DNA of 64,000 nucleotides from assembly GCF_963921235.1 (NCBI RefSeq), contig NC_086098.1, positions 9,362,001 to 9,426,000 on the forward strand, given 5' to 3'. Origin of the DNA: Mobula hypostoma (taxonomy: Eukaryota). The position numbers were made by a program, and so were the translations under genes. Each line of letters begins with the position of its first letter. Positions within the stretch are counted from its first letter, which is position 1. The notes below the pieces were generated by a model that was given only the letters and a program-made list of their open reading frames with translations, did no database searches and was not told the DNA's origin. Below are positions 14,300-26,497 of this stretch, one piece after another.

Positions 14300-14335
14300 A
14301 GTCCTGATGAAGGGTCTCGGCCTGAAACGTCGACT
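14300..14335 (+). ncRNA. Minimal type I hammerhead ribozyme motif
   Basis: AGTC-CTGATGA-AGG(gtctcgg)CCT-GAAAC-GTC/GACT: stem I, core, stem II, GAAA and a palindromic ACGT stem III. Predicted cleavage after C14331. Confidence 0.8.
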
Positions 14336-15069
14336 GCACCTCTTCCTACAGATGCCGCTTGGCCTGCTGCGTTCACCAGCAACTTTGATGTGTGTTGCTT
14401 GAATTTCCAGCATCTGCAGAATTCCTGTTGTTTGTCTTTAAATTGTAAGTTGGTTTATTATTGTGACATGCACTGAGGTTTTCTGTAAAACTGCTTTGCA
14501 TGATGACCGTCCATCATATTTCATCACGCTGGTACATTGAGGTAGTAAAGAGGAAAAACAATAGCAGAGTGCAGAGCTAAGTGTTACAGTTGCAGGGAAG
14601 TGCAGTGCTGGCAGACAGTAAGGTACAACACATGACCGGTTAAGAGTCCATCTTATCGTACAAGAGGTCTGTTCAAAAGTTTGATAACAGCGGGTTGAAA
14701 ACTGTCCTTCAGCCATGTGGCACATGCTTTCAGATTTCTTCACATTCCTTTTAACTAAACAACTACTTTTAAGGAAGCTGGCTAAATTAAGTTGAGCAGC
14801 AAGTCAGGAAGCACAAAGGAGCAAGCTATTCAAAGTTCAAAGTACATTTATTGTCAAAGGTTGTATACTCCATAGAATCCTTTAAAATCAAAAGAAGACC
14901 ATCAAACACCGAGTGTGCAGAGAGAAAGAAAAACACACAATTGTGTAAACTATAAAAGCAAACAGACAGCATTCAGAATTGAAGTTCACAAAGCCAGGCA
15001 TCACTGCAGTCAATCCAGAAGCCCACTGGTTGCAGGCCACAGCCTCAGTCCCGCACAAAGAGGAGCAAA

Positions 15070-17235
15070 CACCTACCATTCCATGCCCAGACAGCATTTT
15101 GGGAAATCTGATCACTACTTGGCTGTCCTTCTCCAACCTGTGTACAGGCAGAAGCTAAAGAGCAAAGATTCAGAGATTAGGACAACAAAGAGGTGGTCAG
15201 GGGGTTGCTGATGAGCAGTTACAGGATTGCTTCGAGTCAGGGGACTGGGTTGTGTTCAAGGACTTATCTATAGATCTGAATGAATACACCATGGTTGTAA
15301 CAGACTTAATAAAAACAGTAGGAGCCGAAAGTGTCCTCACAAAATCATTCATAGCCTTCCCCAACCAGAAGCCCTGGATGAACCATGAGATCCGCAATTT
15401 GCTGAGGGTACCTGGCCAAGTACAAAAGACATGCGCTGATCAACTGGCCAGAGTGTTCACTGAGATCTTTAACCTTCCACTTAGGCAGACTGAAGTACCT
15501 ACCTGCTTTAAGCAGGCTTCAACTGTACTGGTGACCAAAAAGAACATGGTAACCTGACTATCGTCCAGTAGTACTTACTTCCACATTGATGATGTGGTTT
15601 GAGAGGTTGATGATGAAACATATCAACTCCTGCCTGAGAAGTGACTTGGATCTGCTCCTATTTGTCTACCGGACTAGGAGGTCCACAGCAGATGCCATTT
15701 CATTGGCTCTTCGCTCAATCCTGGAACATCTGGACATCAGAGAAGCATACATCATATCTTACTTTCTTCTTATAGGCATCCGTTAGTCTCGTGAGACCAT
15801 GGATTTGCGCCTTGGAAGTTTTCTAGGGCGCAGGCCTGGGCAAGGTTGTATGGAAGACCGGCAGTTGCCCATGCTGCAAGTCTCCCCTCTCTATGCCACC
15901 AATGTTGTCCAAGGGAAGGACACTAGGGCCGATACAGCTTGGCACTGGTGTTGTCGCAGAGCAATGTGTAGTTAAGTGCCTTGCTCAAGGACACAACACG
16001 CTGCCTCAGTTGAGGCTCAAACTAGCGACCTTCAGATCACTAGACCGACGCCTTAACCACTTGGCCACGCGCCAACACAACATACATCAGGATGCTTTTT
16101 ATCCTCTATAGCTCAGCATTAATACTATTATTCCCTCAAAACTAATCAATGAGCTTCAAGACAATTGTGCAATTGGATCCTCAATTTCCTCACTTGCAGA
16201 CCCTAGTTGGTTTGGATTGGCAACAACATCTCCACATTTTCCATCAACACAGGTGCACCACAAGGCTGTGTGCTTAGCCCCCTACTCTACTCATAACTGT
16301 GTTTCCACTTATAACTGTGTGGCTAAGCAGTGCTCTAAGGCCATGTTCGAATTTGCTGATGACACCACTGTCAAAGACAAATTAAAGGTGGTGACGAATT
16401 AGCGTATTGGAGGGAGATTTAAAACTGGCTGAGTGGTGCCACAACAACGTCTTACTCAATGTCATTAAGACTTAGAAGGAGAAAACTGAAGATCCATGAG
16501 CCAGTGCTCATCAGAGGTGGAGTGGGTCAGCAACTTTAAATTCCTTGATGTTATCATTTCAGAGGACCTATTCTGAGCCAGCATACGTGCAATTACGAAA
16601 AAGCACGGCAGTGCCTCTACTTCCTTAGGAGTTGACAAACTTACATAGATGTGTGATGTAGAGTATTTTGACTGGCTGCACCACAGCCTGGTATGGAAAC
16701 ACCAATGCTGTTGGTGTTGAATGGAAAATTCTGCATAAAGTAGTGGTTATGGCCCAGTTCACCATGGATAAACCCCTCCCCACCCTTGAGCGGCATCATC
16801 ATTAGGGACCCCACCACCCAGGTCATGCTCTCTTCTCACTGCTGCCATCAGGACGGAGGCACAGGAGCCTCAGGACTCACACCTCCAGATTCAGGAACAG
16901 TTATTACCCGTCAACCATCAGGCTCTTGAACCAAAGGGAATAACTTAACTTCACTTGCTTCATCACTGAACTGTCCCCACAACCTATGGACTCACTTTCA
17001 AGGACTCTTCATCTCATGTTCCTGATATTTATTAATATTATTTTTTACTTCTTTCTGTATATGCACAGTTGATTGTCTTTTGCACATTGGTTGCATGCGA
17101 TCGCACCTGGTTGGTGCAATTGTTCATCGATTCTATTATGGCTATTAGACTTATTGAGTATGCCTACAAGAAATTGAATCTCAGGGTTGCATATGATGAC
17201 ATTTATGTACTTTGATAATAAATCTACTTAGAACT
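15070..17235 (+). mobile_element. Decayed Rex1/Babar-type LINE, interrupted by a SINE
   Basis: HFGKSDH, FPNQKPWM, CADQLARVFTEIFN, RSTADAISLAL, FADDTTV and LLPSGRR motifs; aataaa...gaactttga tail. Confidence 0.85.
15755..16080 (-). mobile_element. tRNA-derived CORE-like SINE nested in the LINE
   Basis: Minus-strand A box TGGCCAAGTGG, B box GTTTGAGCC and tgtgtccttgagcaaggcacttaac; 9-bp TSD CATACATCA at 15746-15754 and 16081-16089. Confidence 0.85.
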
Positions 17236-17299
17236 TTGAAACTGTTTTAAAGTTCATGATGACAATAGGCGCACGATGTAGAGACAATGTTTGGTCTTC

Positions 17300-17600
17300 C
17301 TTCCTCAAGGGCACCAGCCATCCAGACCATGCTCTCTTCTCCCTGCTGCCATCAGGGGGGAGGTACAGGAGTCTTCAGTCCCACATCACTAGCTTAACGA
17401 ACAATTATTACCCTTCAGCCATTAGGCTCTTGAACCAAGGTGGATAACTTCTCTCACCTTAACTCTAAACTGATTCCACAACCTGTGGACTTACTTTAAG
17501 GACACTGCAACTCGTGTGCTCAGTTTTATTTATTTATTTTTGTATTAGCACAGTTTGCCTTCTTTTGCACATTTTTGTCTGCTGTCCGTGTGTAATTTAT
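17300..17600 (+). mobile_element. Rex1/Babar-type LINE 3' end
   Basis: HPDHALFSLLPSGGRYRSL...NNYYPSAIRLLN. Confidence 0.75.
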
Positions 17601-17629
17601 ATTTATTTATTTATTTATTTAGCAATACA

Positions 17630-17895
17630 GCACGAAATTGGCTCTTCCTACCCTTCAAGCTTTGGCACCCCAGCAATCCTCAACAATCCTGATTTAACCC
17701 TAACCTAATCACAGGACAATTACAATGACCATTTAACCTACCCATTACATCTCTGGGCTGTGGGAGGAAACTGGAATACCTGGGGCAAACCCCTGCATTC
17801 CACAGGGACTCTTTACAGAAGGCGCCAGAAAGGAACTTTGAACCCTGATACCTCGAACTGTAAGAGCATTGCGCTAACCACGACAGTGTCGTGGC
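17630..17895 (-). mobile_element. V-SINE
   Basis: tgtgggaggaaactggaatacctggggcaaaccc, the reverse of the V-domain. Confidence 0.7.
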
Positions 17896-17954
17896 TCCCC
17901 CACGGCAAGTTCCTGTGCTGTGACTCAATAATGGATTAGAATGGGTGCCAGTAG

Positions 17955-18440
17955 TAAGACCATAAGACATAAAAGCAGAATTAGGCCATTCAGCCCATCA
18001 AGTCTGCTCCGCAATTCCATTATGCCTGATCCTGAATCCCACTCAACCCTACACACCCACCTCCTTGCCATATCCATTGATGCCCTGACCAATCAGGAAA
18101 CTGTCAACTTCTGCCTTAAATATACCCACAGACTTGGCCTCCACCACATTCTGTGGCAGAGCATTCCACAGGTGCACTACTCACTGGTTAAAAAAATTCC
18201 TCCTTACATCTGGTCTAAAAGGTCTCCCCATAATTTTGAGGCTATACCCTCTAGTTCTGGACACCCACACCATAGGAAACATCCTCTCCACATCCACCCT
18301 ATCTAGTCCTTTCAACATTTGGTAGGATTCAAAGAAATTCCCCACATTCTTCTAAATTCCAGTGAGTACAGGCCCAAAGCTGCCAAAAGTTCCTCGTATG
18401 TTAACTGCTTCATTCTCGGAATCACCCTTGTGAACCTGCT
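17955..18440 (-). mobile_element. CR1 LINE 3' end
   Basis: agaccataagacata tail, gcagaattaggccattcagccc, tgtggcagagcattccaca. Confidence 0.8.
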
Positions 18441-18699
18441 CAGTTTGTTGTGTCACAGTTGTTCATGAAAAATGAATAAATAAGAATCCTGTTTTTAGGG
18501 ACACAGTAGCTGATGTCAGGATTGAACTCGGAACCCCAGAACTGTAAAGGCATCATGCTAACTGCTACACTACCATGGCAATTTCACTGATTCCATTGTG
18601 TTTCTTTATGTCTGCTATAAATGCCCACAAGAAAATGAATCACAATGTACATATATAGTAACATATGCATGCTTTGATAATACATTAGAACTTTGATGC

Positions 18700-18900
18700 A
18701 GGAGATTCTGTAGAAGCTGGAAACCCTAAGGGACACACACCAACAAAATGCTGGAGGAATTCAGCGTGTCAAGTGCATCTATGAAGTGGAATAAACTGTC
18801 GAGGTTTCGGACCGAATCCCTTTGTCAGGGCTGGAAAGGAAGGGGGCTAAAGCTAGAATAAGAAGGTGGGGAAGGGTGTTCCTCCACCACTTTGTGTGTG
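18700..18900 (-). mobile_element. Penelope-like terminal fragment
   Basis: caaaatgctggaggaattcagc...gtcgaggtttcggaccgaatccctttgtcagg. Confidence 0.65.
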
Positions 18901-20009
18901 TCACACTTGATGTATGCCAGATGCTTTGACATTGAGAATAATCACAAATCACGAGCATAGGTCATTTGGTGACTGAATTGATGTTTTTACACACATGCAT
19001 TGGCTTTTTTGGCAAGTGTACAATGTTCTGTCAGAAGATGAGAAAATTACAAAACTTATTTATACACCAGATTTAATCTGTAATATTACTATTTGATCCT
19101 TTGCTAAATGTCTCTTTGATAATGGTATTAGTGAAAGAGGTTCCATTATGTTGTAATGTAGGAATTATGGTCTTAACGTTCAAAATTGAGGACTATTGAG
19201 TTCATTCATTCAGGGTCTGATTTTATACAGTACAGGCTCTGGGGTTTAATGTTGTAGAACTATCAAGCTACTTATTTAGCTTGCATTGTCTGAACTTTGC
19301 TTTTAACAAGATAAATTATAAATTGAATCTTGCAATATTAACGACATTATGGAATCATAGTTCAGAAAGAGGCCATATGAGAAATGAAAACGTCATACTT
19401 TATGACATCTGACAATTATTTTGCAAATTTCACATGCAAAGACCTGAGAAGTAGAGGATGAAAAATTCAGGTCAGTTACCCATTCCACATGTAACACTAC
19501 TCCGGCTGCTCCAGGCTCCATATCTGTGAGCTTCACAACAATTTGCCCCACTGTGTGATGAACTGACACTAAGGCTATGGGCCTAGTCCGGCTGCTCTGA
19601 GCTTCGGGTCTATGGACTCAATTTTGTCCTAAATGCTGTTGCTTCCTTTTATTATTTGCACGATTTGTCTGTCTGCCTTTCTTTATTTCTTTCTTTCTCT
19701 CCCTCTCCCTCTCTCCCTCCCTCTCTCCTTTCCTCTCTCCCTCTCTCTCCCAACCCTCCCCCCTCTCTCTCCCCTCTCCCCCTCTCCCTCCACTTTGGGC
19801 ATTTGTTAGTCTATTTTGAAATTAGGTTCTTTCAGATTTCTTGTTTTGTGGCTGCCTGCAAGCAGACAAATCTCAAGTTTGTATAATTTATACATACTTT
19901 GATAAGAAATGTATTTTGAACTTTGATCTTTTTGAATCCTTTTATACTAATAATTTTGTGAAGTCAAATAACTCCCTGGGCAGAAAACTAGCATATATGT
20001 TTAAATACC

Positions 20010-20098
20010 CAATGTGCTGGAGGAGCTCATCAGGAGAGGCAGCATCTACGGATAGGAATAAACAGTCGACATTTCAGGCTGAGACCCTTCAGTAGGAC
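20010..20098 (-). mobile_element. Penelope-like terminal fragment
   Basis: cagtcgacatttcaggctgagacccttcagtaggac. Confidence 0.65.
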
Positions 20099-21179
20099 AC
20101 ATGCATCATAGCATGTGTCTATGATGTATGTTTAATTTCTACCTTAGACGTAAAGTAATAATTAAAAATAAATGCATCTATTAAAATATGCATAAATATA
20201 TATTCTTGGCTGAGGCTTGTGAGTAGTTTTACTCCATGACCTATTAAGTTGGTTGATGGAGTATTGTCTGTTAAAAGTAATATCATGTTGTCTGTGCTTT
20301 AATATCCAAAATATGTGTCCCTTGGTTTCCACTAATCATTGTCCAATAGAAACCTCCAATTTATTCATTTAATTTTTGGGTTTTTTTTTGCAACTCAGTC
20401 ACTTTAATTACATATTTTGGTCTTTAGAATATAACATTATCAAAAAAACTTCATTTGTTCACAGTATTTGAAGGGCATATAATGTTTGTGATAATCAGCT
20501 AGGAACATTTGAGGTATATTCATATTGACAAAACCTGTGAATTGTCAGTACTCACAAATGAAGGCAATCTCCATTTGCCTCATCACTGACTTTTATAATT
20601 GACCAGTATGGCATAAAACACTGGGATACTCTGGCCTTTGTATAATAATGTAAATTTTAACAATGGAAATGAAGCTGGCAGGAGGTGTAAAGCAATTTGC
20701 TAATTCACTCTTGTCCATTGTACAAAGTCAGAATTATCACCTCAGGGGTGGAATTTTATTTGTGGTCGATATCTTTATTCTGTGGTAAAATGGGTGTTTT
20801 TGAATATGTGGCATTTAAATTTGCAAACATATCTGCAGGCATTAACCAACACTGGTAGCTGCATTACTACCTTTTAAAGGCATTTAAATGATGTTCTGGG
20901 TCATATCAATGGTCTTTGTGAAAGTCTCATCAAGATGGAGTTCTTCAGTTGCAGGGTTTCTACAGATGAGTTCGATCAGATTTTCCTCTGCAACATTTAA
21001 AATAAAACACATCTATTAGGTGTTTGACCCACAATGGACGAGAGTCTTTGGAGGATTATGGTGTTTTTGTCATAGGATCCAGTCGTAGGATAAGAAGATG
21101 GTGAGTGTATCATGACCTAACATGAGAGGAAATTTGTTTTGAGGTTCTTGAAGCAAAGAATTGAAAGGAACTGGACAGA

Positions 21180-21632
21180 GTAACACACACAAATGCAGGA
21201 GGAACTCAGGAGGTTAGGCAGCATCTATAGAAAGGAATAGAGAGTTGACGTTTCAGGCTGAGACCCTTCATCAGGACTAGAAAGAAAGGGAGAAGTAGCC
21301 AGAATAAGAAGGTCGGGCGGAGGGGAGGCAGTACAAGCTGGAAGGTGAGAGGTGAAGCCAGGTGGACTATGCAAAAAGGAGAATGAGGAAAGGCACCAGT
21401 GGGAGATGATAGGCAGGTAAGGAAACGAGAAGAGGTGAGAGGGGAGCCAGAATGGGGAATGAAAGAAGAGAGAAGTGGGAGGTGGAGAAATTACCAGGTT
21501 TGAGAAATTTATGTTCATGCCGTCAGATTGGAGGCTACCCAGAGGGAATATGAGGTGTTGCTCTTCCGACCTGAGAGTAGTCTCATCTTGACAGTAGAAG
21601 CATGGACTGACATGTTGGAATGGGAATGGGGA
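21180..21632 (-). mobile_element. Penelope-like 3' fragment with intact hammerhead core (21243-21278)
   Basis: Reverse complement reads agtcCTGATGAagggtctcagcctGAAACGTCaact; upstream EEQHLIF.LGSLQ.DGMNINF-like ORF end. Confidence 0.8.
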
Positions 21633-22335
21633 TTTGAAAGGAAATTGACATTGAGTTGTTGGAGGTAGGTAATGTTACAAGAAAGGAGCCAACGTCACTA
21701 GGAGAGGAATGAGAAGTAGGAGATAATTTACTTATTGATCATTTTAATTCCTAAAAATGTATTTGAATTATATATTTGTTTTCTATTAAATCAGCAAAAG
21801 AGTAGATTGGATAACCCACTTTTTAGGTGAATTTAAAAAGGCTTTACCTCTGGAGAGATAAATTTGTGTAGAAATTCCACCATCATTTCTCAAAACTCTT
21901 CAGCAAATAGATCTTTATCAAACACTCTCCCAGGGAATTAAAGTAAGCATTTAGATAAAAATTGGAATTTTACGGTCATCTGTTTAAACCTTAACATTTT
22001 ATGAAAGTCGAGTGAAGCAAGCATTCTTGTACATTGAAGCATTTCTGTGTCATTGTTGTCTAATAAGCATAATAATAATTTGAAATGCCATATCAAGATT
22101 TTGTATAATTTTCACCAATGCATTTTAAAAATAAAATCTATTATTACATGTAGAATTACTGCCTTTTAAAGTAAATAAACAAATACAATGTTCGCCGTTG
22201 AGACACAAAATATTAACTGACAGTTTTGTGTAATTGTTTTTGAACATTAGAACTGTCAGACATCCTAACTACACTTGAAGTATTTTGGACAATAGCACTG
22301 TTGATAGTAATGCTGGCAATTTCCGTGTTTTGTAG

Positions 22336-23841
22336 GTCACCGCCAGAGGATTTAGCCCATTGTTACAGTTTGCCTACACTGCTAAGCTATTACTCAGCAG
22401 AGACAACATTCAAGAGGTCATGCATTGTGCTCAAGTCCTGCACATGCATAACCTGGAGGACTCCTGCTTCCGTTTCCTTGAAGCTCAGCTCTTTAATGAG
22501 AAAGATGGCTTTATCTTTTACACCAAAATGTCAACTTTCCAGCAGTCCGATGAACAAGAAGACGGGAACTCTGAAGGCGAGGAAGAGCACATGCAGTCTG
22601 AGACCCATAAGATCACCTGTTCAAAGGAAATAATGTGTGATGAGACACTTGGATGTGAGACATCTCCAAGGTTATCTGAGAAGGAACCGGCTGTGATATC
22701 CATTCCCGTGACATCGAGTGATGATATGGGACGCTGCCCAAAATACAGGAAATATCAACTGGCCTGCACAAAGCATATCAATAGCACACCACATACTAGT
22801 ACCTCAGGTTTTCAAAGCACATTTAGAGAAGACCGCTCAGTCCATGCCCAAACCCAAGGATACAGCAAGGCACAGATAAAAATCGAACCACAGGCATCAG
22901 AAACCGCCGGAGAAAAGCATTTATCTGGAGTTGAATCCAATGCAATGGATCATGCTATCATGGAGAAGGAAATGGATCTTAAACAATTGAGTCCAATGTG
23001 TGTTGATAGACCTTCCAGTAAAACACCCCCTTGTTCGAGATTCACAAAAAAGACTGATATGGAATCTACTGAGAGACAAAGTCCACTGCAACAAGCCTTC
23101 AACACCAGAACATCTTGTTCCCTTGAAGAGGGAATGACTCAGGGTGACCTCAAAACAGAATACAGGCCTTACAGTGTGAACTCTGGACTATCTTGCACTC
23201 CGCAAAAAGATTGCAGTAGCTTTATTGCTGCACCATCTTGTGAAGTGATTTGCAAGCAAGAACTGGAGTCAGATAGAAAGAGTGTAATATTTTCTTCGGG
23301 TACCTTGGACGCTCCTGCTGCACATTCATATCCCGGTGGGAGTTCACTAGAAAGCGAGCTCACTGAACATGTGCCAAAGGGTTTGTGGACTGGTACCAGC
23401 CAGTCGCTCCCATGTTCACAGACTTGTCCTTCTACTGGACTTTCAGTGGAGCCTTTATTACCATTGAATTCTTGTAGAATTCGATCCACATGTAACACCA
23501 GCTGCCCAGTGCCAATTAAAGTGTGCCCCCGATCCCCTCCTTCTGAAACCAGAACCAGAACTTCAAGTTCCTGCTCTTCCTACTCTTTTCCTGAAGATGG
23601 AAGTGGTGGTTCCCCTTGCAGTTTGCCTCAGTTTGAGTTGTCCACTTCTCCCTGCTCACAAGGAACCCGCTTTCTATCTGCAGAGCAGCAAGACCTCAGC
23701 ATAATGGGAGATGCAATGTACAGCCAGTGTAAGCCACCATTAAAATGTGAACAGTCCTACGTCACCAACTCAAGTGATGAATCTGGGTCATTTTCAGAAG
23801 GGGATAGTGAGTCATGCTCAACTCGAGAGAGGGGAAATGAG
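22336..23841 (+). CDS. BACH2: BACH2 large internal coding exon (C-terminal half of the BTB domain plus the Ser/Cys-rich linker)
   Basis: Acceptor tttgtag|GTC at 22336 and donor GAG|gtaaag at 23841/23842; 1506 nt, open frame. Translates VTARGFSPLLQFAYTAKLLLSRDNIQEV...HNLEDSCF...KYQLACTK...TSCPVPIKVCPRSPP...SSDESGSFSEGDSES, matching remembered vertebrate BACH2 motifs. Confidence 0.96.
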
Positions 23842-24389
23842 GTAAAGTAGCAATATTTTAATAAAATACTTCTCTGTGTGTTCATTGAACTGGGATTATC
23901 GTGCATGTACTGCCCATGTTACATGTTTATATTCATGTCATAGGGGGATAATAAGCACATTTGAATTTCTGCTATAATTAGTTCCACATCAGAGCCAGTC
24001 AGAGCAAAGTAACGTCAAGTATTGAGTGGGGAGTGGTAAAAGCGAAGGGAAAAAAATCATTGGAATGGAAATTACCCTCAATATGTTATTGTAGAAATGT
24101 GTGTTACAAAACACTTCTGGCAAACCCATGTCTCCTATGCTTTAGTGAAGACATTAACAGATTTGTTCACCTTTCAAGCAGTGTTGATGTGATAAGGTTC
24201 AGTATTCGTATCAATATTAGAACATCGAAATTTTTGTCCAGCTGCATCAGTAACAGTATTTTGATGCCACGGAGGACAGTCACATGTGGATGGTCTTTGG
24301 CCACTGACTCTAAGCTGCCAGGAACCTAGGCAAAAATAACTCCCTAAAAATATTAACCATATTTGCACAATTGCCTGTTAATTCATACA

Positions 24390-25307
24390 TAAAGGGAGAA
24401 GATTTGTAGAATGTGTAAGGGTTGGAGTTTTAGAACAGCTTGTTGTTGAGCCCACTAGTGGATTGGCTGTGCTGGATTGGGTGTTGTGCAATGATCCGGA
24501 GGTGATAAGAGAGCTTAAAGTTAAGGAATCCTTAGGGATCAGTGATCACAATATGATCGAGTTCACATTGAAATTTGAGAGGGAAAAAATAAAATCCAAT
24601 GTGTCAGTATTTCAGTGGAATAAAGGAAATTACAGTGGCATGAGAAGGGAACTGGCCAAAGTTGACTGGAAAGAGACATTTGCAGGAAGGACAGCAGAGC
24701 AGCAATGGCTGGAGTTTCTGCGAAAAATGAAGGAAGTGCAAGACAGATATATGGAGTATTGTGTGCAGTTTTGGGGTCCTTATTTTAGAAAGGATATACT
24801 GACATTGGAGAGGGTTCAGAGAAGATTCACGAGAATGATTCCAGGAATGAAAGGGTTACTGTATGAGGAACGTCTGGCAGCTCCTGGGCTGTATTCCCTG
24901 GAGTTCAGGTGAATGAGGGGGGATCTCATAGAAACATTTCAAATGTTAAAAGGCCTGAACAGGTTAGATATGGCAAAGTTATTTCCCATGGTAGGGGATT
25001 CTAGGACAAGAGGGCACAACTTCAGGATTGAAGGACATTTTTTTAGAACTGAGATGTGGAGAAGTTACTTTAATCAGAGGGTGGTAAATCTGTGGAATTT
25101 GTTGCCATGAGCGGCTGTGGAAGCCAAGTCATTGGGTATATTTAAGGCAGAGGTAGATAGGTTCTTGATTTGCTAGGGAATCAAAGGGTATGGTGTGAAA
25201 GGAGGGGAGTGGGGATGACTGGAAGAATTGGATCAGCCCATGATTGATGGCGTAGCAGACTCTATGGGCCGAATGGCCTATTCCTGCTCCTATATCTTAT
25301 GGTCTTA
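24390..25307 (+). mobile_element. CR1 LINE with large internal deletion
   Basis: Endonuclease C-terminus (LDWVLCN...SDHNMIEF) fused near 24750 to the RT C-terminal region (EYCVQFW...RVQRRFTRMIPG); tail tcttatggtcttat. Confidence 0.85.
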
Positions 25308-26271
25308 TAAAAGAATTTGGTGCACCAGAATTGGTTTTCAATTCGTTTTGAAATTACCATATAGTGCATTACACAGTATTCCAGGAGCTAGGCACACTAT
25401 GTTTGCAGAGAAAGTTCCAAGAGGTTTATCTAAGCTCACTGAGGTTTACTCTCCTCTGCGCTGTAACTACCAGGCTCCCAGACCGGCTGCAGTGACGATT
25501 GGCTTCACGCCTGTGAACTCATGGTCCTGGATTTGCGTTCTGAATGTTACGCGCTTACTTTTTATTGTTTGCGCAATTTGTTCTCTTTGTTTTGCACTTT
25601 GGGTCTTTTTTAATGAGTTCTAATGCGTTTCTTTGTTTAGTGGCTGCTTGTAAGGAGACGAATCTCAAGGCTGTATATGGTTTACATTGATAATAAATGT
25701 CCTTTGAACTTTGAATTACATGTGAGCCTATAGATACTGACAATAGCAATACATATATCACGTGCATAATTTTATTGTACTTGCCCTGGTAACTTGATAT
25801 TGATTGATATTTTTACGTGTTTAAAAAAAGCATAACAAAGTTCTTTTATTTAGAACATTTTATATAGCAAAATACCCTGAAGTGAAGTGTACTTCATTAA
25901 ATTTGCAATTTTTGTAGACTGAAGGTCTGATTGCAAATCCAGTACTTCTGAAAAACAGTTTTTGCTATCTTGTACAGTGTTGTCTATTCAGGCTTCAGCA
26001 AAACCTTCGACAAGGTCCCACATGGTAAGGTGGTCTTACCTACAGTCCACAAACAATGCTCATATCTTAATGACATTGAGTGTGAGGTTGTTGATGCGAC
26101 ACCACTCAACCGGCGGATCTGTCTCAACCAGCCGCCTTGTGGCTGTCTGGGACATGGTCTACTGTTCTATAAGTGGAACCAAGCTCCCATGAACAGTGAC
26201 TGCTTTGGGGCCACAGATAGATATGACAGTGGCCTGTCATATTACTACACAGATGGTTTTTGTTATGCTTT

Positions 26272-26490
26272 AAAGCACCAGCTGTAAGATCGGAGTTCAG
26301 TACCTACCACTCTTTAAGTTCTCCCCATGATCACATGCATTTCCTTCAGGTGCTCTGGTTTCCTCCCACATATGAGTTAGGCTTAGTAAGTTATGGGTGT
26401 GCTATGAGGCACAGGAAGCATGGTGACACTTGCAGGCTGCCCCCAGCACATCCTGGGCTGTGTTGGACATTGACGCAAACAACACATTCC
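26272..26490 (+). mobile_element. V-SINE
   Basis: ttccttcaggtgctctggtttcctcccaca. Confidence 0.65.
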
Positions 26491-26497
26491 ATTGGAT

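Larger units (their letters stand above)
14045..14434. mobile_element. Young Penelope-like fold-back insertion with two hammerhead motifs
   Basis: 166-bp inverted arms 14046-14211 and 14232-14397 with 2 mismatches seen; 14-bp TSD TCTTTAAATTGTAA at 14031-14044 and 14435-14448. Confidence 0.9.

Noticed and set aside
13921..14476. Mirror-image ORFs on both strands (153, 113, 99 and 82 aa)
   Set aside because: A by-product of the 166-bp inverted repeat in non-coding PLE terminal sequence; no evidence of a protein.
15990..16075. tRNA gene
   Set aside because: The A/B boxes continue into a SINE body flanked by a TSD; it is a SINE head.
1..22335. First coding (ATG/BTB N-terminal) exon of BACH2
   Set aside because: No LNDQR/LCDVTL/AHRAVLAACS-like translation was found; it probably lies upstream of the window.
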